DNA from: Octopus sinensis
Taxonomy: Eukaryota
Assembly (NCBI RefSeq): GCF_006345805.1
Contig: NC_043015.1
Span: forward strand, 620,001-684,000
Direction: 5' to 3'
Length of the DNA stretch: 64,000 nt
The notes beneath the pieces are model-generated. The model was not told the origin of the DNA and ran no database searches. It saw only the letters and a program-made list of their open reading frames with translations. Positions 40,517 to 53,529 of the stretch are shown here, piece after piece (position 1 is the stretch's first letter; each line of letters opens with the position of its first letter). The position numbers and the translations under genes were made by a program.

Positions 40517-41811
40517 TACGAGGGGCGTTCAATAAGTAATGCCCCTGACCAACTTCCCATAGCAGTAGAGCAACGAAACTTGGCACAGTTATTAGTCATT
40601 TTCTACATAGGAACCATCCAGAGTTACGCATTTCTCCCATCGTTTGATGCGGCTCTGGAGACCGTTTTTGTAGAAGAACCCAGCTTGGTCCTCCAACCTC
40701 AACGTGACTTCAGAAATCAAGGCTGCATCATCTGGGAAACGCTTTCCTTTCAAAAACAACTTCATGATTGGGAAGAGGTGAAAATCAGAGGGTGCAAGGT
40801 CAGGAAAGTAGGGGGGATGGGGAGGAGTTCATAGCCATACGCCTGTGCTTCTGATCTGGCGACAAGCGAGTTGTGGACCGGAGCGTTGTCCTGCAGGAGG
40901 AGGATGCCTTTGCTGATCTTGCCCCGCCTCTTGATTTTGATAACTTCTCTTAATTTCCTCAAAAGTGAAGCATAATAGGCTCCTGCAATGGTGGTACCCT
41001 TTGCCAGGAAATCTGTCATCACTACTCCGTCCTGGTCCCAGAAGATTGTGAGCATGACCTTGCCAGCGGAGGGCTGCACCCTTGCCTTCATTGGAGGGGG
41101 TGAGTCACAGTGCTTCCACTGCATTGACTGGGATTTGGTCTCTAGATCATCGTGATGGACCCAGGTTTCATCCTGTGTAATCAGTCTTTTGAAAAATTTT
41201 GACTCATCTTCTTGGCACATCTCCAAATTCACCCTCGAGCACTCGACGCGTTCTTGCTTCTGGAAAGGCGTGAGCAACCTGGGAATCCATCTGGCAGACA
41301 CCTTTTGCATATGCAAATGGTCATGAATGATATTTTCCACAGACCCGGTACTAATCTTGACCTCATGGGCTATTTGGCGAATAATTATGCGTCGATCTTC
41401 CAAAATGGCAGCCTCAACTTGACGGACAGATGCCTCATCAATGGCAGAAGGGGGCGACCAGATCTGGGAGCTGTTTCCACAGAGTTCCGAGCATATTTGA
41501 ATTCACAATGCCAGCGTTTTACAAGGTCATATGATGGGGCATCATCACCGTAAGTTACTTTCATTTCATCAAAAGATTCCCGTGGTGTGCGTCCTTTCAA
41601 ATACAAAAACCGGATCACTGCTCGACACTCAACAGGCTCCATTTCACACTTGACTCGGTTCAAACACCTGTAAATCAGAAACCACAATTGATTCAGAGCT
41701 GTAATTTACCACTTACTCTATAGATATATACATAATTGCACATGCAAACTTTCAGCTAGATCAAACAACTGCAAGTGGGTCAGAGGCATTACTTTTTGAA
41801 CGTCCCTCGTA
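40517..41811 (-). mobile_element. Full-length mariner transposon (DD34D; irritans/Hsmar2-like ends)
   Basis: Imperfect ~34-bp TIRs TACGAGGGGCGTTCAATAAGTAATGCCCCTGACC and TACGAGGGACGTTCAAAAAGTAATGCCTCTGACC; TA at both ends; 1295 bp including both TAs. Confidence 0.95.
40592..41642 (-). pseudogene. Mariner transposase (~350 aa once two 1-bp deletions are corrected)
   Basis: MEPVECRAVIRFLYLKG...RSGRP...WIPRLL...ITQDETW...LQDNAP...YFPDLAPSDF...RWEKCV...END*. Frameshifts lie at ~41452 and ~40821, both in G/C homopolymers. No in-frame stops were seen. Confidence 0.92.
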
Positions 41812-42570
41812 CATCGTAACTCCACCGTGACTTCTCTGTTTTCTGTCTGTGCAAACACAGTATACATTGGTACGTGTTTCTCTGCATCATGTAAGTCTGT
41901 AGACAAGTGAGTCCCTTTCAGTGCAATTCATATAGCGTCATTGTATGCAGACAGACTCCGAGGTATGCAATTTTGCTCCTGCTGTTGTTATGCAAGAGGC
42001 CTCTGATGTTCATCAGTAGAATTGGTGAGATAGATGGCTCGGCGGCAGTGGTTGCCATCCTGAGTCCATTACTTGTTGCGGTCTTGTGTGTGGGTGTACA
42101 TGGCTTACCCTCGTTTGTAGCCACGATAACTGCTGCGTTATTGTTTGTGTGATACTTATAAAAATGCTGGGTACAGCATTTTGGCTGTCTTTATTGTTGG
42201 TTTGCACAGGTGCGTGGACTTTCCTAGGCGTGGTGCTTATCCTGATTATCTGGCGGAGAGTGATAACTGCTGTGCATTCTCTCTTACCTACGCTTTAAGT
42301 GTTCAAAACGGCAGTGTGTCCGCTTCTCTCCATGCCATCAGAGTCCTTTTATGAAGAATTTGCAGGTTGCGTTTATTTGTTAAACCTCAGGTTTGAACCA
42401 TGCTGCACCTGTCTTGCGGCTGATTCTTCTCGTTGGGCTGCCACGTTGGGAGAGGGAGTTGGAGACCCTTCTCTCGAGAGGTTTTGAATTCTTTTCTTCC
42501 TCCTCTTCAATTTCCGAATTGATTACCCTTGTTAGTGGGTATAGTGAATATGGATAATTTTTATTCAAGC
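41812..42570 (-). mobile_element. Second CR1-like LINE: CCCH-bearing upstream region plus APE N-terminus
   Basis: CKFFIKGL*WHGEKRTHCRFEH at 42299-42364; ILLMNIRGL...KIAYL...THLSTDLHDAE...RSHGGVTM abutting the mariner. Confidence 0.8.
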
Positions 42571-42673
42571 TAATTTCTTAACACATTGATTTCTTTTATC
42601 GGTCGTGGGTCTTTTGATAACAGAAGTTTGTCTTGTTTCTTTCTACTGAAAACCTATTGCGATTAAACTCTGT

Positions 42674-43043
42674 TTTACTCTTTTTACTTGTTCCAGTTAT
42701 TTCAGTGAGGCCATGCTGGAGCACTGCCTTTAGTCAAGCAAATCGACCCCGGGACTTATTCCGTTTAAAGCCTAGTACTTATACTATCGTTATCGGTTGT
42801 CAAGCGATGTTGGGGGGGGGGAACAAGCACAGACACAAAAACATATACACACACACATATATATATATACATATATACGACGGGCTTCTTTCAGTTTCCG
42901 TCTACCAAATCCACTCACAAGGCTTTGGTCGACCCGAGGCTATATTAGAAAAGACACTTGCTCAAGGTGCCACGCAGTGAGAATGAACCCGAAACCATGT
43001 GGTTGGTAAGCAAAATACTTACCACAGAGCCCCTCCTGCGCCT
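42674..43043 (-). mobile_element. SINE family A with an internal deletion in the right half
   Basis: Reverse complement of the family A structure; lacks the GTGTTTACGTCCCCG...GGCAAAA segment. Confidence 0.88.
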
Positions 43044-43506
43044 AAAGAGTCGAAGTCTTGATGAAGACAGCAATAACGTAGTGCAATTTGGAATTAATGA
43101 CGGGGTACAACGTTATGAGGAAGGCAAAGGTGAGACTAGAGTGGATTTACAAAATATCATTTACAACCTCTAAAATACATCGTTCATTAATATATTCCTA
43201 CTGTGTTTTAGATGCGTTGCATATGTAATCTTTTCACTATTTGTATATAAATCTACATTATCCGACGGCCATCCCTTTTTGAAGCCCAGAGAATGAGAGA
43301 AATTTCTATTATTGTTTATTTTCAACCGGATTGCTTTGTAATTTTTTAAATACGTTTCAATTTAGTGGTATGCCTATAAAGTTGATAAAATTATAATTGA
43401 AATGCAAATTAGTGAAAAACATTTATTAATCTCAAGGGGAAATGCGACGGAATGTCGGTGTCTTGTTTAAGTAGATCGAGATTTACGAATGTAGAAATGT
43501 TACATG

Positions 43507-43560
43507 CGTGGGGGCGCATGGCTTAGTGGTTAGAGTATTGCACTCACGATCAGGATATAG
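43507..43560 (+). mobile_element. Isolated tRNA-like SINE head
   Basis: GGGGCGCATGGCTTAGTGGTTAGAG A-box head; no body recognisable. Confidence 0.5.
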
Positions 43561-43979
43561 TCTTTTTCTATGATCGTGTACTGTTTTGATTCATCCATTG
43601 GGTGAGCTAATACGTGTTTATTTGATCTGCTAGTAATAGTAAGTATATTTCTTTCCAAACAAGAAGTACCATTTTATAAAGATAATACGTTTTGTTATTA
43701 CGATCGTGGGTTTCCTGCATTTAGGAAGATGAAGGTTTATCATCAGCTGAAACATGTTTCATCACAAAACATGTCAGTCACGTACAGGATCCATACACGT
43801 CTACATATTCTCTTTTCCATAAAGCGCCCGAATATTTTGCCTGCATCAAATTATTTTTCTTCTCCTCCTCCTTCTTCTCCTTCTTCTTCTTCTTCTTCTT
43901 CTTCTTCTTCTTCTTCTTCTTCTTCTTCTTCTTCTTCTTCTTCTTCTTCTTCTTCTTCTTCTTCTTCTTCTTCTTCTTC

Positions 43980-43996
43980 ATAACCATCACCATCAC

Positions 43997-44033
<37 letters not shown>

Positions 44034-44335
44034 GTCCTCATCTTCATCATCATCATCATCTCGTCCTCATCATCATCATCATCATCGTACTCATCATCAT
44101 CATCATCTTCTTCATCATCATCATCATAACCATCACCATCACCATCATCATCATCTTCATCATCATCATCATCATCGTCCTCATCATCATCATCATCACT
44201 ATTTTCATCATCATCATCATCATCACCGTCCTCATCAACATCATCATCATCATCATCATCGTCCTCATCATTATCATCATTTCATCATCATCATCATCAT
44301 CATCATCACCATCATCATCATCACCACCGACAACA
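43980..44335. repeat. (CAT/CAC/CGT)n trinucleotide mosaic; similar at 51220-51335 and 53025-53300
   Basis: Seen directly. Confidence 0.9.
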
Positions 44336-45868
44336 ACAAGACCAATAGCATCAGCATCTCAGAAAGATGAATACCATGGATCACCAGTTTTTTTTTTTAC
44401 TTTTATTTTGTATCAGCCTATTCTTTCTATTCTAAATTTGACCATTTCTTAACATTTTCTACCAAAATTATTGCATCTCCCGACTCTCACTTCCCAATAC
44501 TTTGCTTTCTATAACAATCTCTTTCTACACTATTTTTCTTTTAATTAGCGTCCATATTACCAAAAAAAAATGGAAAAAAATCAAACGATAATACATTTGT
44601 ACCGTCATCTGTATCAATACATATTTTCTGTGTGTTTACTTATACATATCTTTCCTTCATTCAACAAACGTATTTCAAAAACAAACACACATACACACGA
44701 ACACACGGTCTTCTATTCCGTCGATTCCCCTTCTCCTCTTCTGCTTTTTCCACCGTTTCTTTCTATTCATCTTATATTTTCATCCATCTTTTCTTATACC
44801 TGATTTTTTCCCCTTTTATTTCTTTCTCACTTCCAACTGCTCTCATAAATTCTCTCACATGCACCTCTCTGTCTCTCTTTCATTCTTTATGTTCTCATAC
44901 CTTTATCCCCGTCGTTTTCCTTCATTCTCTCTCTCTTTTCATCCGCCATTCTTTCTCATCCCTTTCCATTCCCCTGCATTTATTCCTACATTTTCTTTTA
45001 TTTCTTCCCAATCAAATTTTCTCTCCTATCTTATTAACACTTCATCTCTCTTTTTCTCCTTTTCACTTTCTTACATTGTATATCTCTTCTTTTACTTTCT
45101 CTCACTTTCCCCGCATCTACTTTCGTTCTTTCGTTCTTTTATATATTCATTCCCGACATTCTTTGTTTCTACTCTTATTTCCCCCGTATACCTTCTTTTC
45201 TTTTCATTCTATTCTGTTCCACTTTCTTTTTTTTCCATCCATGCAATCTATCTTCCATGGTATTCTCTACCATATGCATAAGTCTTTCTTTAAATGGTTC
45301 CTGCTGTATACATTGTTCAATTGTACCGTAATTTCTTTCTTCTCTATACATTTCACTATTTAATATTCTTCCATTTTCCTTCCACCGTTTCTTACATATC
45401 CCCATGATATATTCTCATCCTTTCTTCATTTTATTATTTGTTTCTTTCAACTTTTTATACATTTGCTAGCATTTCATCTTCTGTTGTTAACTGTTTATCC
45501 AGATACACTTTATTGCAAACACAACACTCGCCAGACATAATACACAACGCACAGAAACAAAATCATTGACCTATCGACCTAAAAAATCACGAAGACAGTC
45601 ATTAAGAACCACCTTCTACAATATCATCTTTCTCTGTCTCTGTCGTTGATATGTACCTTTGATGATGATAGTCTGTCGTAGTTCGAGAAAGCTGTCCTGC
45701 AATTTCTTTTTGAACAGATGCTTTGTTTATTGTGATAAAATGCATGTGCTCTACATCAGCTCACTTCCTCCAATAGATCGATGTTGCTTAAGCAGGTGAA
45801 AGGGGTACCACATGTCAGGTGTTGAAAGGATTGCAGAGCAACGTCAGATGAAGTGCTTTGCTCACTTC

Positions 45869-45956
45869 AGGCGGCAAGCTGTCAGAAACGTTAGCGCGCT
45901 GGGCGAAATGTTTAGCGGTATTTCGTCTGCCGCTACGTTCTGAGTTCAAATTCCGT
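45869..45956 (+). mobile_element. SINE family B head only
   Basis: AGGCGGCAAGCTGTCAGAAACGTTAGC...GAGTTCAAATTCCG. Confidence 0.8.
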
Positions 45957-46329
45957 AATACCTTGTCCATAGAAATTTCATTTAAGGCATGGTAAAACCA
46001 CCATACAATTCGAAGGCAAAAGAAACGAAATACAGTAGCCAAGGTTTTCCATAGATTATATGATATTGACAATTTTTCCATTATAGTGTTACTTCCAAAA
46101 CAAAATTTGAACTTCATTCTGAATGCGAGTTCAGAGAGCACAACAGCAAATAGATTTTACGCTATGTGCATAAAGCGAGCAATCTGAAGGCCTGGCTTGA
46201 ATTGTACGTTTTCTTTTTGAAACACTGCGATATTTAGGGGTAATCTCTGGAATAAAATACCGCTGCCTAAAAGCGTTTAAACCAGCATATGCTTCATGTA
46301 TGTTGTCTGCATGTCTACATGATAAAGTT

Positions 46330-46517
46330 TCTAATAACCCAAAATATTATATCACATACATTTTTTCCTCTCCTTATATTTTCTGTGTCCCTTTCTGTAG
46401 AAGAGCGTAGACTCGAAACGTAAAATACTTTTTCTATTCCTGAGGGTTATACTAATACATCTGTTTGCTTTGTACACCACCTGTCTTCGTCTTTTGTTTT
46501 TTTCGTAAACTCCTATG

Positions 46518-46520
<3 letters not shown>
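46330..46520 (+). mobile_element. Possible Penelope-like terminal repeat fragment; a second candidate lies at 62885-63060
   Basis: GTAGAAGAGCGTAGACTCGAAACGT resembles the GAAGA...CGAAACG motif of Penelope pseudo-LTRs; ATCGACCGGTTTCGG at ~63000 is a similar motif. Recognised from memory only. Confidence 0.4.
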
Positions 46521-46579
<59 letters not shown>

Positions 46580-46710
46580 ATATATCAGTGTTGCTCGTAG
46601 TTAGGTTCATATCGCAGTGACAAAAGACATTTTGGTACGTGACAATGGGGTAGAGACGATTGAAAAGGCCCCAGACGATCGAAACGTGTTTACATATACA
46701 CACGCACACT

Positions 46711-46742
<32 letters not shown>

Positions 46743-47914
46743 TCAGACACACACACACACACAAGCCAGTCACCCTACTTTATTCAGCACATTAGAGAGA
46801 ATCCTCTCTGTAAAATACATTCTTCATACATTTTATAAATAATTATAATTAAATGTGCTGAATGAGACGAATTCTGTATTTCTATCAGAGATTGCAATTA
46901 TGTGATATTTTAACAAAATATCGGCACTTCCCGTTTTATGTTTTTATACACGCGAGCATGTTCATAAAATTTCAATGTTTCCAACGCCCATCTTTCTGCC
47001 GGTGACGGCGCCAATTAATTTACTCTCAGATTAATTGCTACTTTTGCGTGTGTCCACGTAATTAATATATATTTTATTTTAATATATGCCAATATGATTA
47101 GATTTGTATCCTTGTTTCATTTAGTCCACGCATACTGAATACGTGTGTAAGCAAGTTGTTGTGTGCACATGTATGTGAGTGTGTGTGTGCGTGCGTGAAA
47201 TAGTGAACACGTGTATCACCACGTACCTTGACTTGCCTTGATCCCTCAAGCTCCTTCAAGGTTTAATATAGAAAGGGTGTCGTTTTGATTGAAGGACTAA
47301 CGTATGCGCTTATAAGCAAGGTGCTGCAGTTCCTTCTCTACAACTGTGTCTTCCCTACAACTTTTTTGTGACTTTGTCTCTTACATTTGATAAATTCTTG
47401 TGTTGCGAATGCTTGTTTCATTCTTTCTATCTGTTTATCTGACAAATCTCTGTGTTCCTTGGTCCGTTATGTCGGGAAATATATAAACTACAAAACTCTA
47501 TGGTAGTTCCTATTTTCATAGGAAAAAGCACCTTTTTGATGTAAATAATTTTTGGTCTTAACATGGTCCGATTTGAATTTTTTCTTCTACGGAATGAAGA
47601 GCAAGCCTTCTACTATCATACTCTCAATTTTGGTCAACTTGACAGAGTGAATCATGTACTTGATGAGATGGGAGATTATTTTGCAAACCGACTAACCCGG
47701 GGTGGGGAAGGGGGATTTCTAAGTACGTCATGCGCGAGAGGTTTCTATACTCACGCTTCTCATATGCTTGTACGCTTCTGTCAATCTCTACTCGAAAGGT
47801 TTTGACTGCCATGCGTACAGAAGTACGAATAGTATGAATTCACGCATGAGGAAATTAAAAAAATTTAAACGTTCTTTTCTCTTTTATTTGAAGGGTTTTA
47901 GTTGAATGAATTAA

Positions 47915-48265
47915 CCCTAGTACTATCGTTTTAAGCCTAGTACTTAGTCTATCGATTTCATTTAGTGAACCGCTAATTTGCGGGGACTTAAACACACCAA
48001 CACCGGTTGATAAACGGTGGGAGGGGACAAATACAGATACAAAGACGCACACATATAGTCAGATATAGATATATATACGAATACGTTCACACACACACAC
48101 AAAGACATACATATATATATATATATAGGACGAGCTTCTTTCAGTTTCCATCTACCATATCTACTCACAAAGCTTTAGTCGGCCGGAGGCTATATTAAAA
48201 ATACTTACCCACGATGCCACGCAGAGGACTGGGAAGCAAGTATATCATACGGCCACACCACCAGC
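47915..48265 (-). mobile_element. Diverged SINE family A, lacking the tail
   Basis: AAGCCTAGTACTT...GAACCGCTAA...CTTCTTTCAGTTTCC.TCTACCA...GCCACGCAG. Confidence 0.75.
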
Positions 48266-48629
48266 TGTATAAAATTTGTTTAATCAGTCCTGAAAATATT
48301 TGAAGTAACCATTCCTTAATAATTGCTTTCGTATATTTGAATTGCAGAAGCAGCACAAGATTCAGTCGTTTTGATAGATGCGTGAAGAAAGGTAACCATT
48401 TTTATTCATCCTGAATTGATCGCGAATTTCCGTGAGAATCCTAGTCCATGCTCTGTATTATTGCTGCAAGCAACATATAAGTTTAACAAATAAATTCTGA
48501 ACGAATTCTCTTGAAAGTAGAAATACATACATTGTGCAGTAGGAAAACGTATCACGTGTCACACATTGTTAAATATAGACCTGTATTAGTACCCACGAAA
48601 TTAGAACTGAAAAACGATATACAAATATT

Positions 48630-49200
48630 CGTTTCAATGTTCTTAGTGTAATTGCATTGGACTTCTTCATGCTCCGCTGTTAGTTTGTCAATATGTGGTA
48701 ACGATAAGGCGGCGAGCTGGCAGAAACGTTAGCACGCCGGGCGAAATACGTAGCCGTATTTCGTCTGGCATTACGTTCTGAGTTCAAATTCCGCCGAGGT
48801 CGACTTTACCTTTCATCCTTTCGGGGTCGATAAATTAAGTACCAGTTACGCACTGGGGTCGATATAACCGACTTAATCCGTTTGTCTGTCCTTGTTTGTC
48901 CCCTCTATGTTTAGCCCCTTGTGGATAGTAAACAAATGACTATGTGGTAACGATAAATGGGAATAGTATTCCAGGCGGCTGTCAACAAATGTTCGCCGTA
49001 GGGTCAGCATTGTTTCTTGGTTTCTTGTCTCGAAGGACTTTAGTATTCACCCTGCCAAATGTCTGCTCTTTGCTGCCATCTTGGTAAAGTGCATATGAAA
49101 TGATGAATTATTGCACATACTGTTCGTCAATTCTTTCATTGCCTGTGACTCTGGGATTCTTGTACCTTCGGGTTCAGAATATGCAGTCTAATAATTGAAA
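48630..49200 (-). mobile_element. CR1-like LINE RT C-terminal relic, interrupted by a SINE
   Basis: YSEPEGTRI...FHMHFTKMAAKSRHLAG*ILKSFETRNQETMLTL...SRLEYYS...EEVQCNYTKNI corresponds to the WILRTF..R...LEYC..WSP...QR.FT region of the 17.8-kb LINE. Confidence 0.7.
48706..48940 (+). mobile_element. SINE family B (tail B1) with target-site duplication
   Basis: Flanked by TATGTGGTAACGATAA at 48692-48707 and 48941-48956. Confidence 0.93.
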
Positions 49201-49764
49201 CAAGCAAAAGGTATTTTACACACTCGCGCATACGCATACACCTGCGTGCGCACGCATAGACACACACATGCACACAAGCTCACATACACACACATACACG
49301 TAACACCTATCAGTGTTTCTGTGTAATTGTATATGTGTATTTATGTGTATTGTACACTGCGGAATATAATGTCTGCGGAGGCGGTTTTGTTCTTATCGTC
49401 TCTGCAGATATAGCACTTCTTATTAGAGATATAAAGCGATCATGATATTGATAAACGCTGGAGATGGTCGTATTGATGGTGATGCTAATGGTGATATCGT
49501 TTGGGGGGGAAGACAACGGTGGTGGAGGACTATTGAATGATGATTACGATTTGTGGGCAAGGTTGTGCGGGTGAGTATTGGCTGTGTCTACCATTGTACG
49601 TGTGCGGAAGTGTGTGGAAATAATAATTAAAATAACACCGACTTTTGCATCAGTGGACAGGAAGCGAAGACTGAAAGAAAATATAAATAATAATTGTGAA
49701 CATGTTAACTTATGTATTTTTTTCTTTTACTACCTTTAACCCAAAACATATTCATATATGTATA

Positions 49765-49804
<40 letters not shown>

Positions 49805-49815
49805 TTATATATATA

Positions 49816-49850
<35 letters not shown>

Positions 49851-50169
49851 AGGTAATAGCCATTCATGTTTATGTACAGAAACGTAGACGCAAACGGACG
49901 GACGCACACACACACACACGAACCCACACTCACACATATTATTTACTGTGTAACTAATACGTATTTTGTAAAATTTGTCAGGTTGTTTACAATATTATTA
50001 GCTTATATTAATCTCGCATTTCTTAATGTTCTTATTATTTAGAAAAAACTTATTATTATCTCAGTTGTTGTTCTTATTATTATTTTTATTATCATAGTCA
50101 TCATCTTCATCATCATCACCATCATCATCATTATTATTATTATTATTATTATCATTATTATTATTATTA

Positions 50170-50248
<79 letters not shown>

Positions 50249-50344
50249 TATTATTTCTATTATTATTGTTATTATTTTTATCAATGTTTTATCATCATCA
50301 TCATCATCATCATCATTATTATTATATTATTATTATTATCATTA

Positions 50345-50398
<54 letters not shown>

Positions 50399-50540
50399 TA
50401 TTATTATATTATCATTATTATTATTATTATATCTTATTATTATTATTATTATTACTATTATTATTACTATTATTTTTGTTATTATTTTCAATAATGTTTT
50501 TATCATCATCATCATCATCAACAACACATCATCATCATCA

Positions 50541-50579
<39 letters not shown>

Positions 50580-50797
50580 ATACTATTAATACTGAAGTTA
50601 TTGTTTATAGTTTTTAATATTTTATTAGCTGATTTATGGTGAATTTTTTTGATAGAATTTTTTTTTCCTTTCCTTAACGTATTTATTTCTTTATTATTTT
50701 GTTATTTAAACTTGCTTGCCGTGTTTTCCTTTCTTTCTTGTTAGTATTTTTCATTTTCAATGTTATTATTATATTGCTGGTAATATTGTTGTTGATG

Positions 50798-50850
<53 letters not shown>

Positions 50851-51075
50851 TTTTTGTTGTTGTTGTTGTTGTTGTTGTTGTTTTTGTTGTTTTTGTTTTT
50901 ATTAACATAAGGCGGAAGAGAGGGAATTTTCAAGCTGACATAAGCACTTAAACTCTTGCAACCACTAAACCACACCATATGGATAAAAAAAAAGAAATCG
51001 ATTTACGGCAGCAGACGAGAGCGGCAGCAGAAGCAGCCGCAACAGGAGCAGCAGCAAATTAACCGGAGGTAGAAG

Positions 51076-51134
<59 letters not shown>

Positions 51135-51270
51135 AAAGTATTAGATGTTGATTACGATGATGATAATATTTCTGCAGCTACTGCTGATTTCATTTGTGGT
51201 GGTGGTGGTGGTGGTGGTGTGATGATGATGATGATGATGATGACGACGACGACGACGATGATGATGATGA

Positions 51271-51312
<42 letters not shown>

Positions 51313-51503
51313 TTTATGATGATGGTGATGATGAAAATGGTGCTTGTTCGCATCACCACACTTTAAAAAAATAATTCATTACTGACAAATTTCTGTATTT
51401 CTCTCTGTTTCACTCGCTCTGGCCACCTTCCTCTCCATATCTATACTGGTATATATATATATATATATATGAACATATATATATGTATGTGTGTGTGTAC
51501 GTT

Positions 51504-51552
<49 letters not shown>

Positions 51553-51636
51553 ACATGTATATATGTATATATATATATATCTATATAGATATATATGCAT
51601 ATATAGTCGTGTGCATGTGTGTGTGTATACACACGC

Positions 51637-51687
<51 letters not shown>

Positions 51688-51715
51688 GAAGATAACGATA
51701 GAGGCAGATAGATAA

Positions 51716-51802
<87 letters not shown>

Positions 51803-51905
51803 TATAGATAGATAGGTAGGTAGACAGATAAACTGATAGATAGATACATATATAGATAGATAAACAGACAGACAGAGAAACAGAGACACAGGGAGATAGA
51901 TAGAC

Positions 51906-51975
<70 letters not shown>

Positions 51976-52890
51976 GCTGATAGACAGATCGTTTGAAGAG
52001 ATATGTACGTGAATGCATGTATATGTATATGGTGTATCACACACTTTGTTACGTTTCCTCCGTCTTCTTTTTCATCAATGTTAACTCTCTCTCTCACTCT
52101 GTCTTTCTCTGTTACCACTTTCTCTCCCCTTTCTCTTTCTCCTCTCGTGTATTTATCTGTATATCTGCATGATGTCTGTATCTAACGTCTTTGAATTCAG
52201 TGTATATCTCTCTCTATTTTTATAGTCGCTAGAAGAAGACTATTTACAATTATGAATCTTTCAACTGTTAATACCGCTGAATTCTAATGAAAGGCAATAA
52301 ATAATACCAAGGGATCGTTCTAGTGGAAATTTCGTTGGAGATGAAATTGGATAATACAAAGGAGGTACCTCGTAATGAAAAACATCATCACCAACAACGA
52401 AAAAAAAAACCCAGCAAAATAAGATATAACCGAAAACATACAAAGAAAACGTAAATAAAAATGAAGGAAAAAATATAAAAAAATAAAGCTAAATAAGTTA
52501 AATAATAAATAACAAAAACAAATGAATAAGTAAAGAAATAAATAAAGAAATGAAACGCGAAAGATCATATAACATAAAAAAAAATATAATAACCGCAAGA
52601 AAAGAAATAAAACATAAACTCAGGTTGATGAATTTTCATAACTGTTTTTCGTTTGTTTGTATGTGTTTGTGTGTATGTATGTTTAAATGTGTGTGTGTGT
52701 GTCTGTGTTTATGTGTGTGTGTGTTTATGTCTGATTGTGTGTGTGTATGTTTGTGTGTGTATGTGTGTGTGTCTGATTGTGTGTGTGTGCTCGCGTGTGT
52801 CTTTGTGTATGTCTGTGTTGCTGTATAAAGGGGGTGCATGTGTTATGTCTAATTCTAATGAAAGATGATAATGAAATGATAATAATGACG

Positions 52891-52933
<43 letters not shown>

Positions 52934-53529
52934 TAATAATAATAATAAAAATAATAATAATGCTAATATTCATGAAAACACTGGAAATGATAATGGTAAT
53001 GATAATAAGGATGATGTTATTAATAAAGATGATGATGATGATGATGGTGGTGGTGATGATTAGGTTAGTAAAAAAACAACATAAACAATAATAAAATGAA
53101 CGCGCAAATAAAGAAAATAAGCAAGGACAACTGTTATTTTCTGAGATGCTGATGATGATGATGATCATCATCATCATCATCATCCTCACCATCATCATCA
53201 TCATTATCACCATCATCATCATGTTCGTCGTCGTCATCATGTTCGTCGTCGTCATAATCATCATCATCGTCGTCTTCATCATCATCATCATCACTATATC
53301 ATCCCCATGGTAACGATGCTTCTTGTTGTTTATGATGGAGGTAGTGATGATGCTGTTGCTGTTGATGACGTGGGACACGAATTCGAAGATAAATTTTGCG
53401 AAATGGAGTTGACGGTAATGAAAGTGACGATAATGAACTTGATTAAAATATTGACGATGTAGACAGTAATGGCAATAACAACCACAACAAGTAAGACTAA
53501 TATGATGACGATGGTAATGGTGATATTGT

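Noticed and set aside
40592-41642. Domesticated SETMAR-like host gene
   Set aside because: No SET domain or splice context; it is bounded by TIRs with a TA duplication inside another transposon.
44632-45363. 243-aa hydrophobic membrane-protein-like ORF
   Set aside because: It is a consequence of the pyrimidine-rich tract (F/L/S codons, few stops).
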